Shown here: one piece after another, positions 15,587 through 24,812 of the stretch
Numbering within the stretch: the first letter of the stretch is position 1
Layout: each line of letters begins with the position of its first letter
Virus record (IMG/VR): IMGVR_UViG_3300023202_000142
Coordinates: 1 to 64,000 of that record
Length of the DNA stretch: 64,000 nucleotides
From: a virus
Strand: one strand, 5' to 3'
Made by a program: the position numbers and the translations under genes
Notes under the pieces: generated by a model
The model's database searches: none
What the model was told of the DNA's origin: nothing
What the model saw: the letters and a program-made list of their open reading frames with translations, nothing else

Positions 15587-16332
15587 CTTGACCTCCACGG
15601 GACTCCGGTCACGATCTCTCGCCATCTCGATTCCAGCATTTGTGCATAGAATCCGGGCGGTAGGCCATAGGTGCCCATGGCATAGCCATCGTTAACCTCG
15701 ACCAAAATGGTCTTGCCATCCGTCGTGGCGCCGAAATCGAGTGTGTAGGCGACAGGGGAGCCCTCGTAGTCACGCACAGCGGCCTCGACAACGTCTCGAT
15801 CGATGCGTTGGCTCCAGTCGCCCTTGTAGTGCCTGGCGCCCACGATCTCGTCCCTGAGAACGAAGCAGCGGTATTCGCTGACGAACTCGACGGGTTCAGA
15901 GACCCAGACCTCTTCGTTGGCGTCGTAGGGTCCCAGGCGGATCTGGTCATCGAATTTGCCGGTACACCGAAATCCGGTGAATAGCTTCTGCTTTACCGGC
16001 TTCACGAACAGCTTCTTGTCGACGATGTTGCGCGCTGCGCTCAGTGTCATCCGCTGGATGTCTCGACCCAGGAAACCTTGGAGCTGCTCGGGGTAGTCGA
16101 TCGACGGGGGCCGCTCGACGCCAACGATGTTGAAACCGTCCCAGACGTCTCCGAGGTATCCGGCGACACCAACATCAGGCCCGAGATCATTAGCGACGCT
16201 CTCCAGGTCTCCGAAGCCATAGAATGGCACGGTCTCTGTTCCCCTGGCCCGGAAGCCGTAGAGGGCCTGAGCCTGCATCTCTGACTCCGGTAAGTCTTCG
16301 CGGTAGCGGATGTAGAACTTTCTCGCATTCAC
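15583..16332 (-). CDS. ATP-grasp protein, R2K/DUF4343-like
   Basis: DYPEQL..FLGR.I, FVKP..QKLFTG, SEYRCFV, YTLDFG...ILVEVNDGYAMGTYG. Confidence 0.75.
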   Translation of the reverse strand: MNARKFYIRYREDLPESEMQAQALYGFRARGTETVPFYGFGDLESVANDLGPDVGVAGYLGDVWDGFNIVGVERPPSIDYPEQLQGFLGRDIQRMTLSAARNIVDKKLFVKPVKQKLFTGFRCTGKFDDQIRLGPYDANEEVWVSEPVEFVSEYRCFVLRDEIVGARHYKGDWSQRIDRDVVEAAVRDYEGSPVAYTLDFGATTDGKTILVEVNDGYAMGTYGLPPGFYAQMLESRWREIVTGVPWRSR

Positions 16333-17198
16333 CACGGGAACCCGTTTTTGTCGATGAAGCTGGCCATGAGATCTTCGTGTTTCAGTTTCGCAACACCCCA
16401 GGTTTCGGCATCGAACACGGCGAGAACCGCAACTTCGGCTTGCTCCTCTTCGCACTCGATCTCATGGATGCGTTTAAGGTCGTCCGGCTCAGGGTGTCGG
16501 TGCAGGCTAAAGGACAGGTGATCATCACCGAAAATTGCAATAGACTCGAAGCTCCCGCCTGGCAGCATCATGTCGCGGAGCCGTTCCCAGATCTCTTCAG
16601 CGGTAGGTTCCGGTCTTGACCCGCAGGCATCGCAGATCGAAACCTCGGGCCCCACACCGAAGCCGTCTCGGTGGATGCTGTAGTTACCCTGGCAGTGATA
16701 CCTGGCGCAGACCGGACACCTTGGAGGCATCGATGTCTTTTCGCCCAGTAGGGTCGTGAAATCACCGGAGCCGTACGACAGGCGAAGCCCGGGGTCGTCT
16801 TCGAGCGCAGTGATGATGTAGCGCCACTCCTCGCTGGGCCCCTCGGTCTTGGCCAGAAAGACGAGACGTTCGACGAGGTGTTCGTATCGACCGTCATCGC
16901 GCGTCAGTGCGTCTTGCAGTGCATCCTTCATGTAGCCGATGCACTCGACGAGATCTGTGCTGGTCTGGAACTCGTCGGGGATCTCGGCGTATGCCGCCTC
17001 GTTCTTCTTGCGCAGCTCCTCGGAGACGTCGATGTCGGGGGCCAGTAGGTCGTTGGCTTCTTTGAGCCTGAACCGCAAGTTCAGCTTCTCCTCCTCCTCT
17101 CGATCCAGTTGGGTTTCCAGGACATCAAGCAGGTGGTTTCGCTTGGCCTCGTCTTTCTCTTCGCGGAGCTTCTCGATCAGTTCTCGGGCGAATCTCAT
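16329..17198 (-). CDS. hypothetical protein (coiled coil + CxxC pairs)
   Basis: AGGAGGTAGC SD. Confidence 0.65.
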   Translation of the reverse strand: MRFARELIEKLREEKDEAKRNHLLDVLETQLDREEEEKLNLRFRLKEANDLLAPDIDVSEELRKKNEAAYAEIPDEFQTSTDLVECIGYMKDALQDALTRDDGRYEHLVERLVFLAKTEGPSEEWRYIITALEDDPGLRLSYGSGDFTTLLGEKTSMPPRCPVCARYHCQGNYSIHRDGFGVGPEVSICDACGSRPEPTAEEIWERLRDMMLPGGSFESIAIFGDDHLSFSLHRHPEPDDLKRIHEIECEEEQAEVAVLAVFDAETWGVAKLKHEDLMASFIDKNGFPW

Positions 17199-17209
17199 AC
17201 GCTACCTCC

Positions 17210-17272
17210 TCGCACCCGGGTGCAGTTGTGGGGTTATACCCAGAAGTAGTGCACGGATTTCACCACGTCAAG
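17210..17272 (-). promoter_or_regulatory. promoter cassette variant + GCACCCGGGTGC palindrome
   Basis: (-) TTGACG-TGGTGAAATCCGTGCAC-TACTTC; palindrome directly before SD. Confidence 0.65.
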
Positions 17273-17273
17273 C

Positions 17274-17663
17274 CTACCCGAATTGGTCTCGGGGGTCTTC
17301 TACCCAGGCAGACACCAGAGTGATGAAGTGCTCCATTGCCTCGCGGCGGCCTTCGGCTGTGATGTTGATGTTGCTGCGCAGGATGCCATGGTTGGTGTCG
17401 AACTCGACCTCGACACCAGTGTGGTTTGCGCACCGCTGGATCTCGAATTGAGCATCCATGACATCCCACCGGGAACACTGCATCGAGAACCGATGTCGAA
17501 CTCGCGCGCGCTGCTCTTTGGCGACGAGCACTGCGAGCGCCTTGTCTGCGAGCTTCAGGTAGCGTTTCAGCACCTTCTCTCCGATTGAGCCCTGCAGCTC
17601 GACCCTTGATCGCAGTGCCGAGGTCTCGTCCTTGAACTCCTGCAACTCTTCAGCCGTCATCAC
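17274..17663 (-). CDS. hypothetical protein
   Basis: abutting ORF. Confidence 0.6.
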   Translation of the reverse strand: MMTAEELQEFKDETSALRSRVELQGSIGEKVLKRYLKLADKALAVLVAKEQRARVRHRFSMQCSRWDVMDAQFEIQRCANHTGVEVEFDTNHGILRSNINITAEGRREAMEHFITLVSAWVEDPRDQFG

Positions 17664-18096
17664 TTACCCCAAGATGCTGTTCGAGGCAGAACACGGCCTC
17701 TTTGATGTTGCCCATCGCGATCGCCTTCATGACGCCGTTGAGCCAGCCCTGGACACCCCAATCATTACAGGCATCGCTGGCCAGCTCGACGCGCTCGCCG
17801 AACTCTACGTGGATGACCGTGGGGTCGTCGGGATCTTCGGTGATCTGGTAGACGCCACGAGGACCGCAATAGTCCAGGGCTCGTTTGAGGTACCACAACG
17901 CTTTCTCCAGGTCCTCGACCTCGTCATCCTTGTGCGGTGCCCGCAGCACGTACTTGATGGCGTTGCCGAGGCAGAACCCGAGACCGAGATCCCAGGCTTC
18001 GATGATCTTGATGGGCTCGAACTTCGCGGTGCCGTCCTCGTCGAGGGTCCGGCCGGCGTTGTAATGCTCGGGGTGGTCGACAGCTTCCTTGCTCAT
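17650..18096 (-). CDS. DUF3310 (T7 gp1.7-like) domain protein
   Basis: VDHPEHY...GFCLGNAIKYVLRAPHK...EDLEKALWYL. Confidence 0.8.
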   Translation of the reverse strand: MSKEAVDHPEHYNAGRTLDEDGTAKFEPIKIIEAWDLGLGFCLGNAIKYVLRAPHKDDEVEDLEKALWYLKRALDYCGPRGVYQITEDPDDPTVIHVEFGERVELASDACNDWGVQGWLNGVMKAIAMGNIKEAVFCLEQHLGVSDDG

Positions 18097-18464
18097 TCTT
18101 TCTCTTCCATTCTTGGTGTCACCGAGAGATCGATATAGCCGCCCGGTGGCCCCTCGGGCAGTCCAAACGGGCAGAAATGGATGGTGTAGGCACGGCGCCC
18201 ATGAGGTTTTTGGGTGACATCGACCAGGCAACCTCCGACTCGTTCAGTGATCGCCTCGGCCAATGTTTTCGGTGACGCAGCGGACTCTACCCAGGGCACC
18301 GCGACAACATCGAGGTCGCGCTGCAGGGAGCCGTGTAGCGCCAGCGCGTATCCGAATTTTCGGGCCTCCTCGCGAATGATCGGATAGATGGTGGCGTAAT
18401 AGACCTGTCGCCCCGCGACGAATCCGTCCTCGCTGTAGGCATCAAAGGCCGTCTCGTCATCCAT
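18093..18464 (-). CDS. minimal nucleotidyltransferase-like protein (putative)
   Basis: HGSLQRDLDVV (GS...DxD). Confidence 0.45.
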   Translation of the reverse strand: MDDETAFDAYSEDGFVAGRQVYYATIYPIIREEARKFGYALALHGSLQRDLDVVAVPWVESAASPKTLAEAITERVGGCLVDVTQKPHGRRAYTIHFCPFGLPEGPPGGYIDLSVTPRMEEKE

Positions 18465-18976
18465 CAGTACAGGTTCTCCGATATCAGGCTGGTCAGCTTG
18501 CGGTCGACCTGTCCGGCCCTCCAGGCAATATCAGCGGCCTCCTGGCGATCGACGTACCTGCCTTGTGATGTCAGGAACCCCTGGTTACGGCCGTTGAGCT
18601 GGTGCTCCTGGATCGTTTCGATCGCGTCTCGTTCTTCATCGCTGAGTCGTTCTGCCCATGCGTTTAGCGAGGTGAAGCAGTCACCATGCCTCCAGGCAGC
18701 AAACACGATGCCTGTCTCGGGGTAGGTACTCGACCGTCTGGGTGGCTCAGGGTTCCCAGTGTCGACGTATATCGCGGCGCACAGGATGCGCTCACGGTCG
18801 GGCCTGGTGCTGCGAACTTCGATGCAGTAGTTGCCGAAATTGTAGAAGCCCGGGTCGGCGTCGTCGAGACACTGCTGCATGCGGTGCATGATCGTCAGAC
18901 CGTCTGAAGAGTCCAGGAACGTCACCTCGGCTTCGAGGTCCCCCTGTGTGAACACCATGGTGTGCTTGTCAGCCAT
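18464..18976 (-). CDS. hypothetical phage protein
   Basis: ILCAAI...RHGDC...QGFLTSQGRYVDRQEA...SENLY. Confidence 0.65.
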   Translation of the reverse strand: MADKHTMVFTQGDLEAEVTFLDSSDGLTIMHRMQQCLDDADPGFYNFGNYCIEVRSTRPDRERILCAAIYVDTGNPEPPRRSSTYPETGIVFAAWRHGDCFTSLNAWAERLSDEERDAIETIQEHQLNGRNQGFLTSQGRYVDRQEAADIAWRAGQVDRKLTSLISENLY

Positions 18977-19268
18977 CGTCTTCCTCAACGGTCCAACCCT
19001 TTGGCGCAGTCCATTTGGGCGGGCTCAGCCTGCGACCAACACTCACCGTGGTGTGTCGCTGCTCAGGGATCTCAACGGGTTCCAGAAAGCGCAATCGAAT
19101 CGATGTCGATTTGCGCTGTTGACCCAGCGCCCCCTTTAGTTCGTCGCCGGGTCGCACAATCTCTAGCACCTCAGCTTTGGCCTTCCGGTTGACCGCCGGC
19201 ACGTCGATTTCGACGATCTCTCCGATGACCCACAAAGGGACCAACGACTCCGAGAACCCAATCATCAT
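18969..19268 (-). CDS. hypothetical protein
   Basis: start inferred at ATG 19268. Confidence 0.5.
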   Translation of the reverse strand: MMIGFSESLVPLWVIGEIVEIDVPAVNRKAKAEVLEIVRPGDELKGALGQQRKSTSIRLRFLEPVEIPEQRHTTVSVGRRLSPPKWTAPKGWTVEEDDG

Positions 19269-19272
19269 CTCT

Positions 19273-19572
19273 TCAGCTATCACGTCGGCGCTCCTCGTAC
19301 AGTTTCCGGGCATCTTCGAGCCAGTGCCTCTCGTCCAGGACCACGATGCCCTGATACGGGTTCGCAGAAACAGCGAAGACGTGGTCGCGGTGCTCAACGA
19401 ACACTGTCGCACCCTCTTCATTGAGGCTGATGGGCTCGGTTTTGTCGTTGAGCAGCCGCTCCAGCGTGCCGTAGCAAGCCGGACAGGGGTCCTTGGCGGG
19501 ATGTCCACTGGGTTTCTTGCGCCCGTGATCAATCCAGCCGTCCTCGCAGTTGTCGGTGTTGCACCACTTCAT
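19273..19572 (-). CDS. hypothetical protein (Zn-finger-like N-terminus)
   Basis: abutting ORF. Confidence 0.6.
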   Translation of the reverse strand: MKWCNTDNCEDGWIDHGRKKPSGHPAKDPCPACYGTLERLLNDKTEPISLNEEGATVFVEHRDHVFAVSANPYQGIVVLDERHWLEDARKLYEERRRDS

Positions 19573-19853
19573 CGTTTCATCCTCGTGCGCATCTGGTCTT
19601 TGCGGTCCACGGTCTCGGCAAATTTTCCGGTCGCCTCAGTAGCCTGCCGAAGGGCTTCGATGAACGAATCGCTGAGGTGGAGTGTCCTGCCATCATCACC
19701 GTAGGGAGCTGAGCCCTCGGCAGCCTGGTAGGTGGTCCGAAGAGCTTCTCGCATCACACGGACATGGCGCGCCAATAACACTTGCTCGTCGTCCTCGCCG
19801 GCCTCGATCTCTCGCAATCTCTCGTCGGTCAACTCATCCATCGAAAATTCCAT
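19569..19853 (-). CDS. hypothetical protein
   Basis: abutting ORF. Confidence 0.55.
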   Translation of the reverse strand: MEFSMDELTDERLREIEAGEDDEQVLLARHVRVMREALRTTYQAAEGSAPYGDDGRTLHLSDSFIEALRQATEATGKFAETVDRKDQMRTRMKR

Positions 19854-20211
19854 CCATGACCTGGCCGAACATTTCGGTGTCGTCGTTCATGCCGACTACA
19901 TCATCGACAAGATCCCCCGCCCGCCCCGTCAAGACGTACTGAGTCAGCACCGTCATTCGGGCGGCCTGGGTTGCACCCGGTGTTTCGCGTTCCTCTGGCG
20001 ACATTCGAGCGAGCACCTCTTCGACGCTCTCCTCGAACATCTCCAGGACAACCTCGTATGCGGTGTGGATCGCAGAAGCTCGCCAGACCTTATACGCCTT
20101 GGCGAACTCCTTGGGGTCATCGAACTCCATGGGATCGCCCATGCGCTCGGTCATGAACTCCCGGTAGGACTGCAGCAGTTCGGTGTAGAGACTCTTCATC
20201 TGGTCAGACAT
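19834..20211 (-). CDS. hypothetical protein
   Basis: GAGGAG SD; promoter cassette upstream. Confidence 0.65.
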   Translation of the reverse strand: MSDQMKSLYTELLQSYREFMTERMGDPMEFDDPKEFAKAYKVWRASAIHTAYEVVLEMFEESVEEVLARMSPEERETPGATQAARMTVLTQYVLTGRAGDLVDDVVGMNDDTEMFGQVMDGIFDG

Positions 20212-20235
20212 CTAGCTCTCCTCGTTGAGCGGCGC

Positions 20236-20266
20236 AGTCTATGTGCACAGATGTCACACTGTCAAG
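20236..20266 (-). promoter_or_regulatory. promoter cassette variant
   Basis: (-) TTGACA-GTGTGACATCTGTGCACA-TAGACT. Confidence 0.7.
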
Positions 20267-20687
20267 ACTGGCGATACAGGGCTGTGTTGGTGACATGGAA
20301 GCCCTCCTGCAGGACTGCTGGCGGCCCCAGACCTTCGCTGATGACCTCGAACGCGTCGACGCTGTCACGCATCTCGACAGGGATCTGGGCGATGACTTCG
20401 GCGACGCTCGGCTTGAAAAGCGCTGGCGCGCCCCAGGTGTGGAAGGTCTGGATCGTCTTGATTAGCTCCAGGTCGCCGGCGGCCTCTCCCCTGGAGTTCT
20501 CGACCCATGTGTATGATGTCTTGCGGTGATCGCCCAGATTCGCCACCCAATGAGGTGTTCCCCGGGGGTGTCTCTTGCCACCGGGACCCCAGCGGATCAC
20601 AGGTCGGATGCGCTCAGCCCAGTGGGCGAGATCTTCATTACTGATCTCCAGCAATGCTCGAATTTCTAGTTCCCGGTCACTCTTCAT
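20262..20687 (-). CDS. hypothetical protein
   Basis: ATG 20687. Confidence 0.6.
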   Translation of the reverse strand: MKSDRELEIRALLEISNEDLAHWAERIRPVIRWGPGGKRHPRGTPHWVANLGDHRKTSYTWVENSRGEAAGDLELIKTIQTFHTWGAPALFKPSVAEVIAQIPVEMRDSVDAFEVISEGLGPPAVLQEGFHVTNTALYRQS

Positions 20688-20695
20688 TGAGCCCC

Positions 20696-21220
20696 TCACA
20701 GTTTGGCCCGGAGCCCGAGCACATCTTCGACGGACAACCCAGATCGCTCCAGCACGGCGTCGAAAGCCTCGATGCCGAAGATGTGCTCGTTGCCCTCGAA
20801 GGGGATCCACACGATCTTCGTTGTCTCGATATCGCCTGTTGAGACCGCGATGACTCCGCTACGCCCGTGCTGCTCCACGATCTCGTCGATATCTGGCTGG
20901 GTGCCGAGACGACCCGCGAAGTAGTGGATCAGGTTGTCATCGCCGTCCAGGAGTTCACGAATCGTATCACGCGTCTTGCCGTAGACATCCTCCAGGGCCT
21001 CATAGTCGAGAACTCGTTCAGGCTCCTCTTCCTCGGGCTCCTGGGTCTCGTACTCAGCGAGTCTGGAGGCCATGTTGGCGCGTTTGCTTGCCTCGGTCCT
21101 CGCGAATTGCTTCATCTCCTGGGCATACGCGATGATCACGGTGACATCGGAGTGCTCCGGCGGTAGTCCTTTCTTCTGCAGCTCCTCGCAGCGAATTACG
21201 GCCTCTCGAAACGTCGTCAT
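20696..21220 (-). CDS. hypothetical protein
   Basis: abutting ORF. Confidence 0.6.
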   Translation of the reverse strand: MTTFREAVIRCEELQKKGLPPEHSDVTVIIAYAQEMKQFARTEASKRANMASRLAEYETQEPEEEEPERVLDYEALEDVYGKTRDTIRELLDGDDNLIHYFAGRLGTQPDIDEIVEQHGRSGVIAVSTGDIETTKIVWIPFEGNEHIFGIEAFDAVLERSGLSVEDVLGLRAKL

Positions 21221-21708
21221 CAGCTCTGCTCCATGTCTGCTCTTGTATTATCGATCGCGTCGCGCACCGCCTTGGGCTGCGGCATCGAGTCCTCTTGTGG
21301 GTCGACGCTGAACCAGATGTACGGCATCCCACCCGGCAGCATCGGCCACGTGTCACGTGGCGCGCAGAAGCCAGCTCGACCTGTCGCGGCAGCGAGAACG
21401 AAGAATGCGTTCATCGTCCTGTGCATCCCGGTCCATTGTTTGCCCTCACGATCCTGACACAGGTTCAGGAACGATTGGCCACCCCCGCCGTTGTCGTCGC
21501 GCATGTAGTCGTCGACCGGGATCTCCTCGACGAGCCCTCGGATGACCTGGTCCTTCTCTTTGAGGCGATCGGGGTGCAGCGCGAAAGGGCCCATGACGCC
21601 GTCCACGACGATGGCGTCGTCCGGCAGCTCCTCGTAGGTCGTCGCCTCATCGGGCTCGAAGAGGCAGTGCATCATCGTCTCATGCACTGTGTCTGCTTTG
21701 TTCATCAC
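21220..21708 (-). CDS. hypothetical phage protein
   Basis: GGGGQSFLNLCQDREGKQWTG...PMLPGGMPY. Confidence 0.65.
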   Translation of the reverse strand: MMNKADTVHETMMHCLFEPDEATTYEELPDDAIVVDGVMGPFALHPDRLKEKDQVIRGLVEEIPVDDYMRDDNGGGGQSFLNLCQDREGKQWTGMHRTMNAFFVLAAATGRAGFCAPRDTWPMLPGGMPYIWFSVDPQEDSMPQPKAVRDAIDNTRADMEQS

Positions 21709-22454
21709 GTCTCCAGGTCGTTCAGGGTGTAGCCGTACTTCTCGCAGATGTCTTCGATCTCGGCACGGAAGCGAGCCTTCTTGCCCTCTTCGAGTTCGGC
21801 GGCTTCGTTAGAAGTGGTGATGTCGTCTTCGGGGGCCAGGTTGGCGGAGTGTATGAAGCGCACCGTGACGTCGGCGGAGTGTTCCCCGATCGCGGCAAGC
21901 CGAACCATCTCCAACCGGTCGGGATCACAACCGAGTTCGATGGCCGCTGTGACATAGTCGTCGAGTTGATCGATGTCGTTTTCTTCTGTCAGCTCTCGCA
22001 GGATCAAGGTGTCGTTGCCCGATTCCCCGGTCTTCTGTCGCAAGAATCTGCAAATAAAGGCCAGAACGCGGCGCCGTTGGGAGCACCGGTGCTCGCTGTG
22101 TGTTTGTAGCACGTAATCCCAGGCATCTTGTCCGATCTGGTGGGCATCGAGACCGGCGTTGCGTAACACGTTGTTGAGCAGGGCATGAAAAGTCCTGGCC
22201 GCGTCCTTGTGAAACAGCAGATAGCTCCAGGACTGCGAACCGAAGAACGGCATGATCTGGAAGTCCTCGTCTTCACCGTCCCGTTGCTGTGCCGCCTTAA
22301 TAACGGCTTCGCGCGCCTCCCCATCCAGCCAGGTAGAAGAGAGCCCCCCTTCAGGCACCCAGGTCAACAGCTCCATCACGGCGCGCCTGAAATCGGTACC
22401 ACAGACATGTTCGACGGGGCTTTGGCATTTCATGCACCGGATTTCGTAGCTCAC
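21705..22454 (-). CDS. hypothetical protein
   Basis: abutting ORF. Confidence 0.65.
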   Translation of the reverse strand: MSYEIRCMKCQSPVEHVCGTDFRRAVMELLTWVPEGGLSSTWLDGEAREAVIKAAQQRDGEDEDFQIMPFFGSQSWSYLLFHKDAARTFHALLNNVLRNAGLDAHQIGQDAWDYVLQTHSEHRCSQRRRVLAFICRFLRQKTGESGNDTLILRELTEENDIDQLDDYVTAAIELGCDPDRLEMVRLAAIGEHSADVTVRFIHSANLAPEDDITTSNEAAELEEGKKARFRAEIEDICEKYGYTLNDLET

Positions 22455-22966
22455 CGGTCCTCCGCTTCGACGTGTGTCAGCGCAATGCAGGCTGGGTGGC
22501 CTTCGACCCAGACGACGGCGGTGTGTCCACCGAGCACTTGAGCCTCGGTCCGGGTTTCCCCGACCTCGCCAGGCCCGTCTCCCTTTGCTCCGGTCCAGTA
22601 ACGGACCAGAGTTCCGATGTCATGGGTGGCGTTGAACTTCTCAACGGCAGCTCCAGGATCAGGGCGATTCATGCTCTCCTCCAGTTCGATAGCAGCAATG
22701 CTCATCTCGTCTTCATCGATGCGGCTCAGTAGCCGCTGCTTCATCGCATTCAGCGCTTTGGCTTTCGCCTCTTCGATGTCGTTGGTGCCCAGCTTCTGGT
22801 GTGTCGAGATCCCCAGGCTCCTGGACAGAAGAAACCAGTCGTCAGGGATTCCGTGGTACCGGGTCACGGTAATGTCGTGCGCGCCAACCTCGGCAGTGAA
22901 GGTCCTCGGTTCGTCTTTACCGGATCGCCCTCGGCGATATGATGTGGCGTCTTTCCACTCGATCAT
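22451..22966 (-). CDS. hypothetical protein
   Basis: abutting ORF; C-terminal GHTAVVWVEG domain. Confidence 0.65.
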   Translation of the reverse strand: MIEWKDATSYRRGRSGKDEPRTFTAEVGAHDITVTRYHGIPDDWFLLSRSLGISTHQKLGTNDIEEAKAKALNAMKQRLLSRIDEDEMSIAAIELEESMNRPDPGAAVEKFNATHDIGTLVRYWTGAKGDGPGEVGETRTEAQVLGGHTAVVWVEGHPACIALTHVEAEDR

Positions 22967-23166
22967 CGGTCTCTCTCAATTCGCTCACGGATGTGGCGCA
23001 TCAGGTCGCCGGTGTGATAGCGCCACATCACGACGTGGTCGTAGCCGTTGTCATGCCCCGAGGCTTTGGAACCCTTGAACGGTTGTCCATCAGGCCCGTA
23101 GCAATCCTCTTTGCCGAATTCGCGGCCGCAGGAACATTTGGCGCTCTCAATGTCTACTTTGGTCAT
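22963..23166 (-). CDS. hypothetical protein
   Basis: abutting ORF. Confidence 0.55.
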   Translation of the reverse strand: MTKVDIESAKCSCGREFGKEDCYGPDGQPFKGSKASGHDNGYDHVVMWRYHTGDLMRHIRERIERDR

Positions 23167-23170
23167 GTCT

Positions 23171-23521
23171 TCAGCGGGAACTGGGCACTTTGCGTTGCTT
23201 CAGCTTCAGTAGTTCGATTTCCCGAAGCGATGCCCGGTTTGACAGGTGGATCACAACCTCAGCCAACGCCTTCTCCAGCGAGATATGGCCGTCGAGGTAG
23301 ACGTCAAGCCCACTTTTGACGATGGGGTCCTTGGCCTTACGCCAGGTCGATGCCTGAGCTTCGAGTTTGCGTCGATCCTGGAGGCGCTCAGCCGCTTGGT
23401 CGCGATACATGTCTCGTCGATCCCTCAACCGGGCGGCCTCATTCACCAACATGACGACCTCATTGCGCAGCTTCTTGTTCTCTTCGGTCAGTTCCTTGAT
23501 TCGTTCTTCGTGGTCAGCCAT
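23171..23521 (-). CDS. coiled-coil hypothetical protein
   Basis: abutting ORF. Confidence 0.6.
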   Translation of the reverse strand: MADHEERIKELTEENKKLRNEVVMLVNEAARLRDRRDMYRDQAAERLQDRRKLEAQASTWRKAKDPIVKSGLDVYLDGHISLEKALAEVVIHLSNRASLREIELLKLKQRKVPSSR

Positions 23522-23990
23522 CAGGCATCTCCTGGACGCTGTCGAGTTTGATGAGATCGTAGTCGTGAACCTCGATGCGATTGCCGTCGTTTGTCGTAGC
23601 GAGTTTCAATCCGGGTGATGTGTCGATCGTGGTGCCGTCGAAGTAGCAGTGCCCCCAGACGCGGTTGTCGTCGTAGTCAGGATCGCCGCCGGTGATGAGA
23701 GCGTTTCGCATCTCCCATTCACCGCGGTGGTGCTGTGCCAGCAGCTTTACGGTTGCTGATTTGCCGGCCGTGTCGACGAAGCAGGCGTACTCCCAGCCCT
23801 TCGGTGGCGGGTTGTGGTAGCGGTAGCGCTTCTCGACGGACATCTCGTTGAGCTTGGCGTGGATGCCCTCCAGTTCGTTACAGCACACCCATCGCTTGTT
23901 GACCCATTGACCGTTGAGAAGGATTGGGATTGGCAGCTCCCGGGCCTCGTGTTCGGTGAGATTACGGCAGATGTCACAGTGTTTCATCAT
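23514..23990 (-). CDS. hypothetical protein
   Basis: abutting ORF. Confidence 0.6.
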   Translation of the reverse strand: MMKHCDICRNLTEHEARELPIPILLNGQWVNKRWVCCNELEGIHAKLNEMSVEKRYRYHNPPPKGWEYACFVDTAGKSATVKLLAQHHRGEWEMRNALITGGDPDYDDNRVWGHCYFDGTTIDTSPGLKLATTNDGNRIEVHDYDLIKLDSVQEMPDG

Positions 23991-24373
23991 CTCTCGTACT
24001 CGGCCTTGAAGTGTGTTTTGGTATCCTCGATGGCCTCGAATCGCCTCATCAGTACTTCGACGGCCTCAACGGTCTCGGGCAGTTCGAATTCACGAGCCCA
24101 GCTCAACGGGCTCGTGGACACGATAGCCCCACGGTCTAGCAGGTAATCCACGGCGCCGCGTTCCATGCCCTGGTAGGGCACCTGCACGGCGTGGAACTTG
24201 AAGCCAGCCTCGACAGTCGTCAGGCGATTCTGTCCATCCCGTCGAAGCCAGACATCGGTCCCGCAAACGGTGACGTACCACCAGATGTCGGTCCCGCTGT
24301 GCATGCCTCTTCCCCAGCGGCGCTTGAGATCTGCTGGCGCAGCCTTGATCGACTTGATCAGTGTTTCGTTCAT
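23987..24373 (-). CDS. hypothetical protein
   Basis: ATG 24373 behind GGGGGAGGG. Confidence 0.6.
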   Translation of the reverse strand: MNETLIKSIKAAPADLKRRWGRGMHSGTDIWWYVTVCGTDVWLRRDGQNRLTTVEAGFKFHAVQVPYQGMERGAVDYLLDRGAIVSTSPLSWAREFELPETVEAVEVLMRRFEAIEDTKTHFKAEYER

Positions 24374-24570
24374 CCCTCCCCCTTGAGCTTGGGGATCGCG
24401 AGTGCTTTCGCCCTTTCGGCGCGAACGATCTCTTTCAGGGCCATCCACTGGTACCGGTCGATTGATCCGTCTCGGCCGGCGGCGTTCTGGTTTCGGTCCA
24501 GGATTTCCTGAAGCTCCTGTACGTCGCCCCCCTCATCGATGATCTTCAGCGCTCTCTCCAGATCGTTCAC
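24370..24570 (-). CDS. hypothetical protein
   Basis: abutting ORF. Confidence 0.55.
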   Translation of the reverse strand: MNDLERALKIIDEGGDVQELQEILDRNQNAAGRDGSIDRYQWMALKEIVRAERAKALAIPKLKGEG

Positions 24571-24812
24571 TCTTCCTCCAGTAGTCTTGAGGCCATGGTG
24601 GCAGGGTCGAGATAGTGACCGGTAATGCCGGCCCGGATGCCTCTCAGCCAGTTCTCGTTGCCATCGATCGACTCCGCGGTCTCGGTGATGACGCGAGGTG
24701 ACTCTCCGGCCGCCTTCATTACAACGGCGCCACGGTAGCCGAAGCGATAGAGACTGCGTGTCTCGACGCCTTTACGATGCGCGGCTTGAAGTGTGTCTTC
24801 GGTGTCAGCCAT
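24567..24812 (-). CDS. hypothetical protein
   Basis: abutting ORF. Confidence 0.55.
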   Translation of the reverse strand: MADTEDTLQAAHRKGVETRSLYRFGYRGAVVMKAAGESPRVITETAESIDGNENWLRGIRAGITGHYLDPATMASRLLEEE

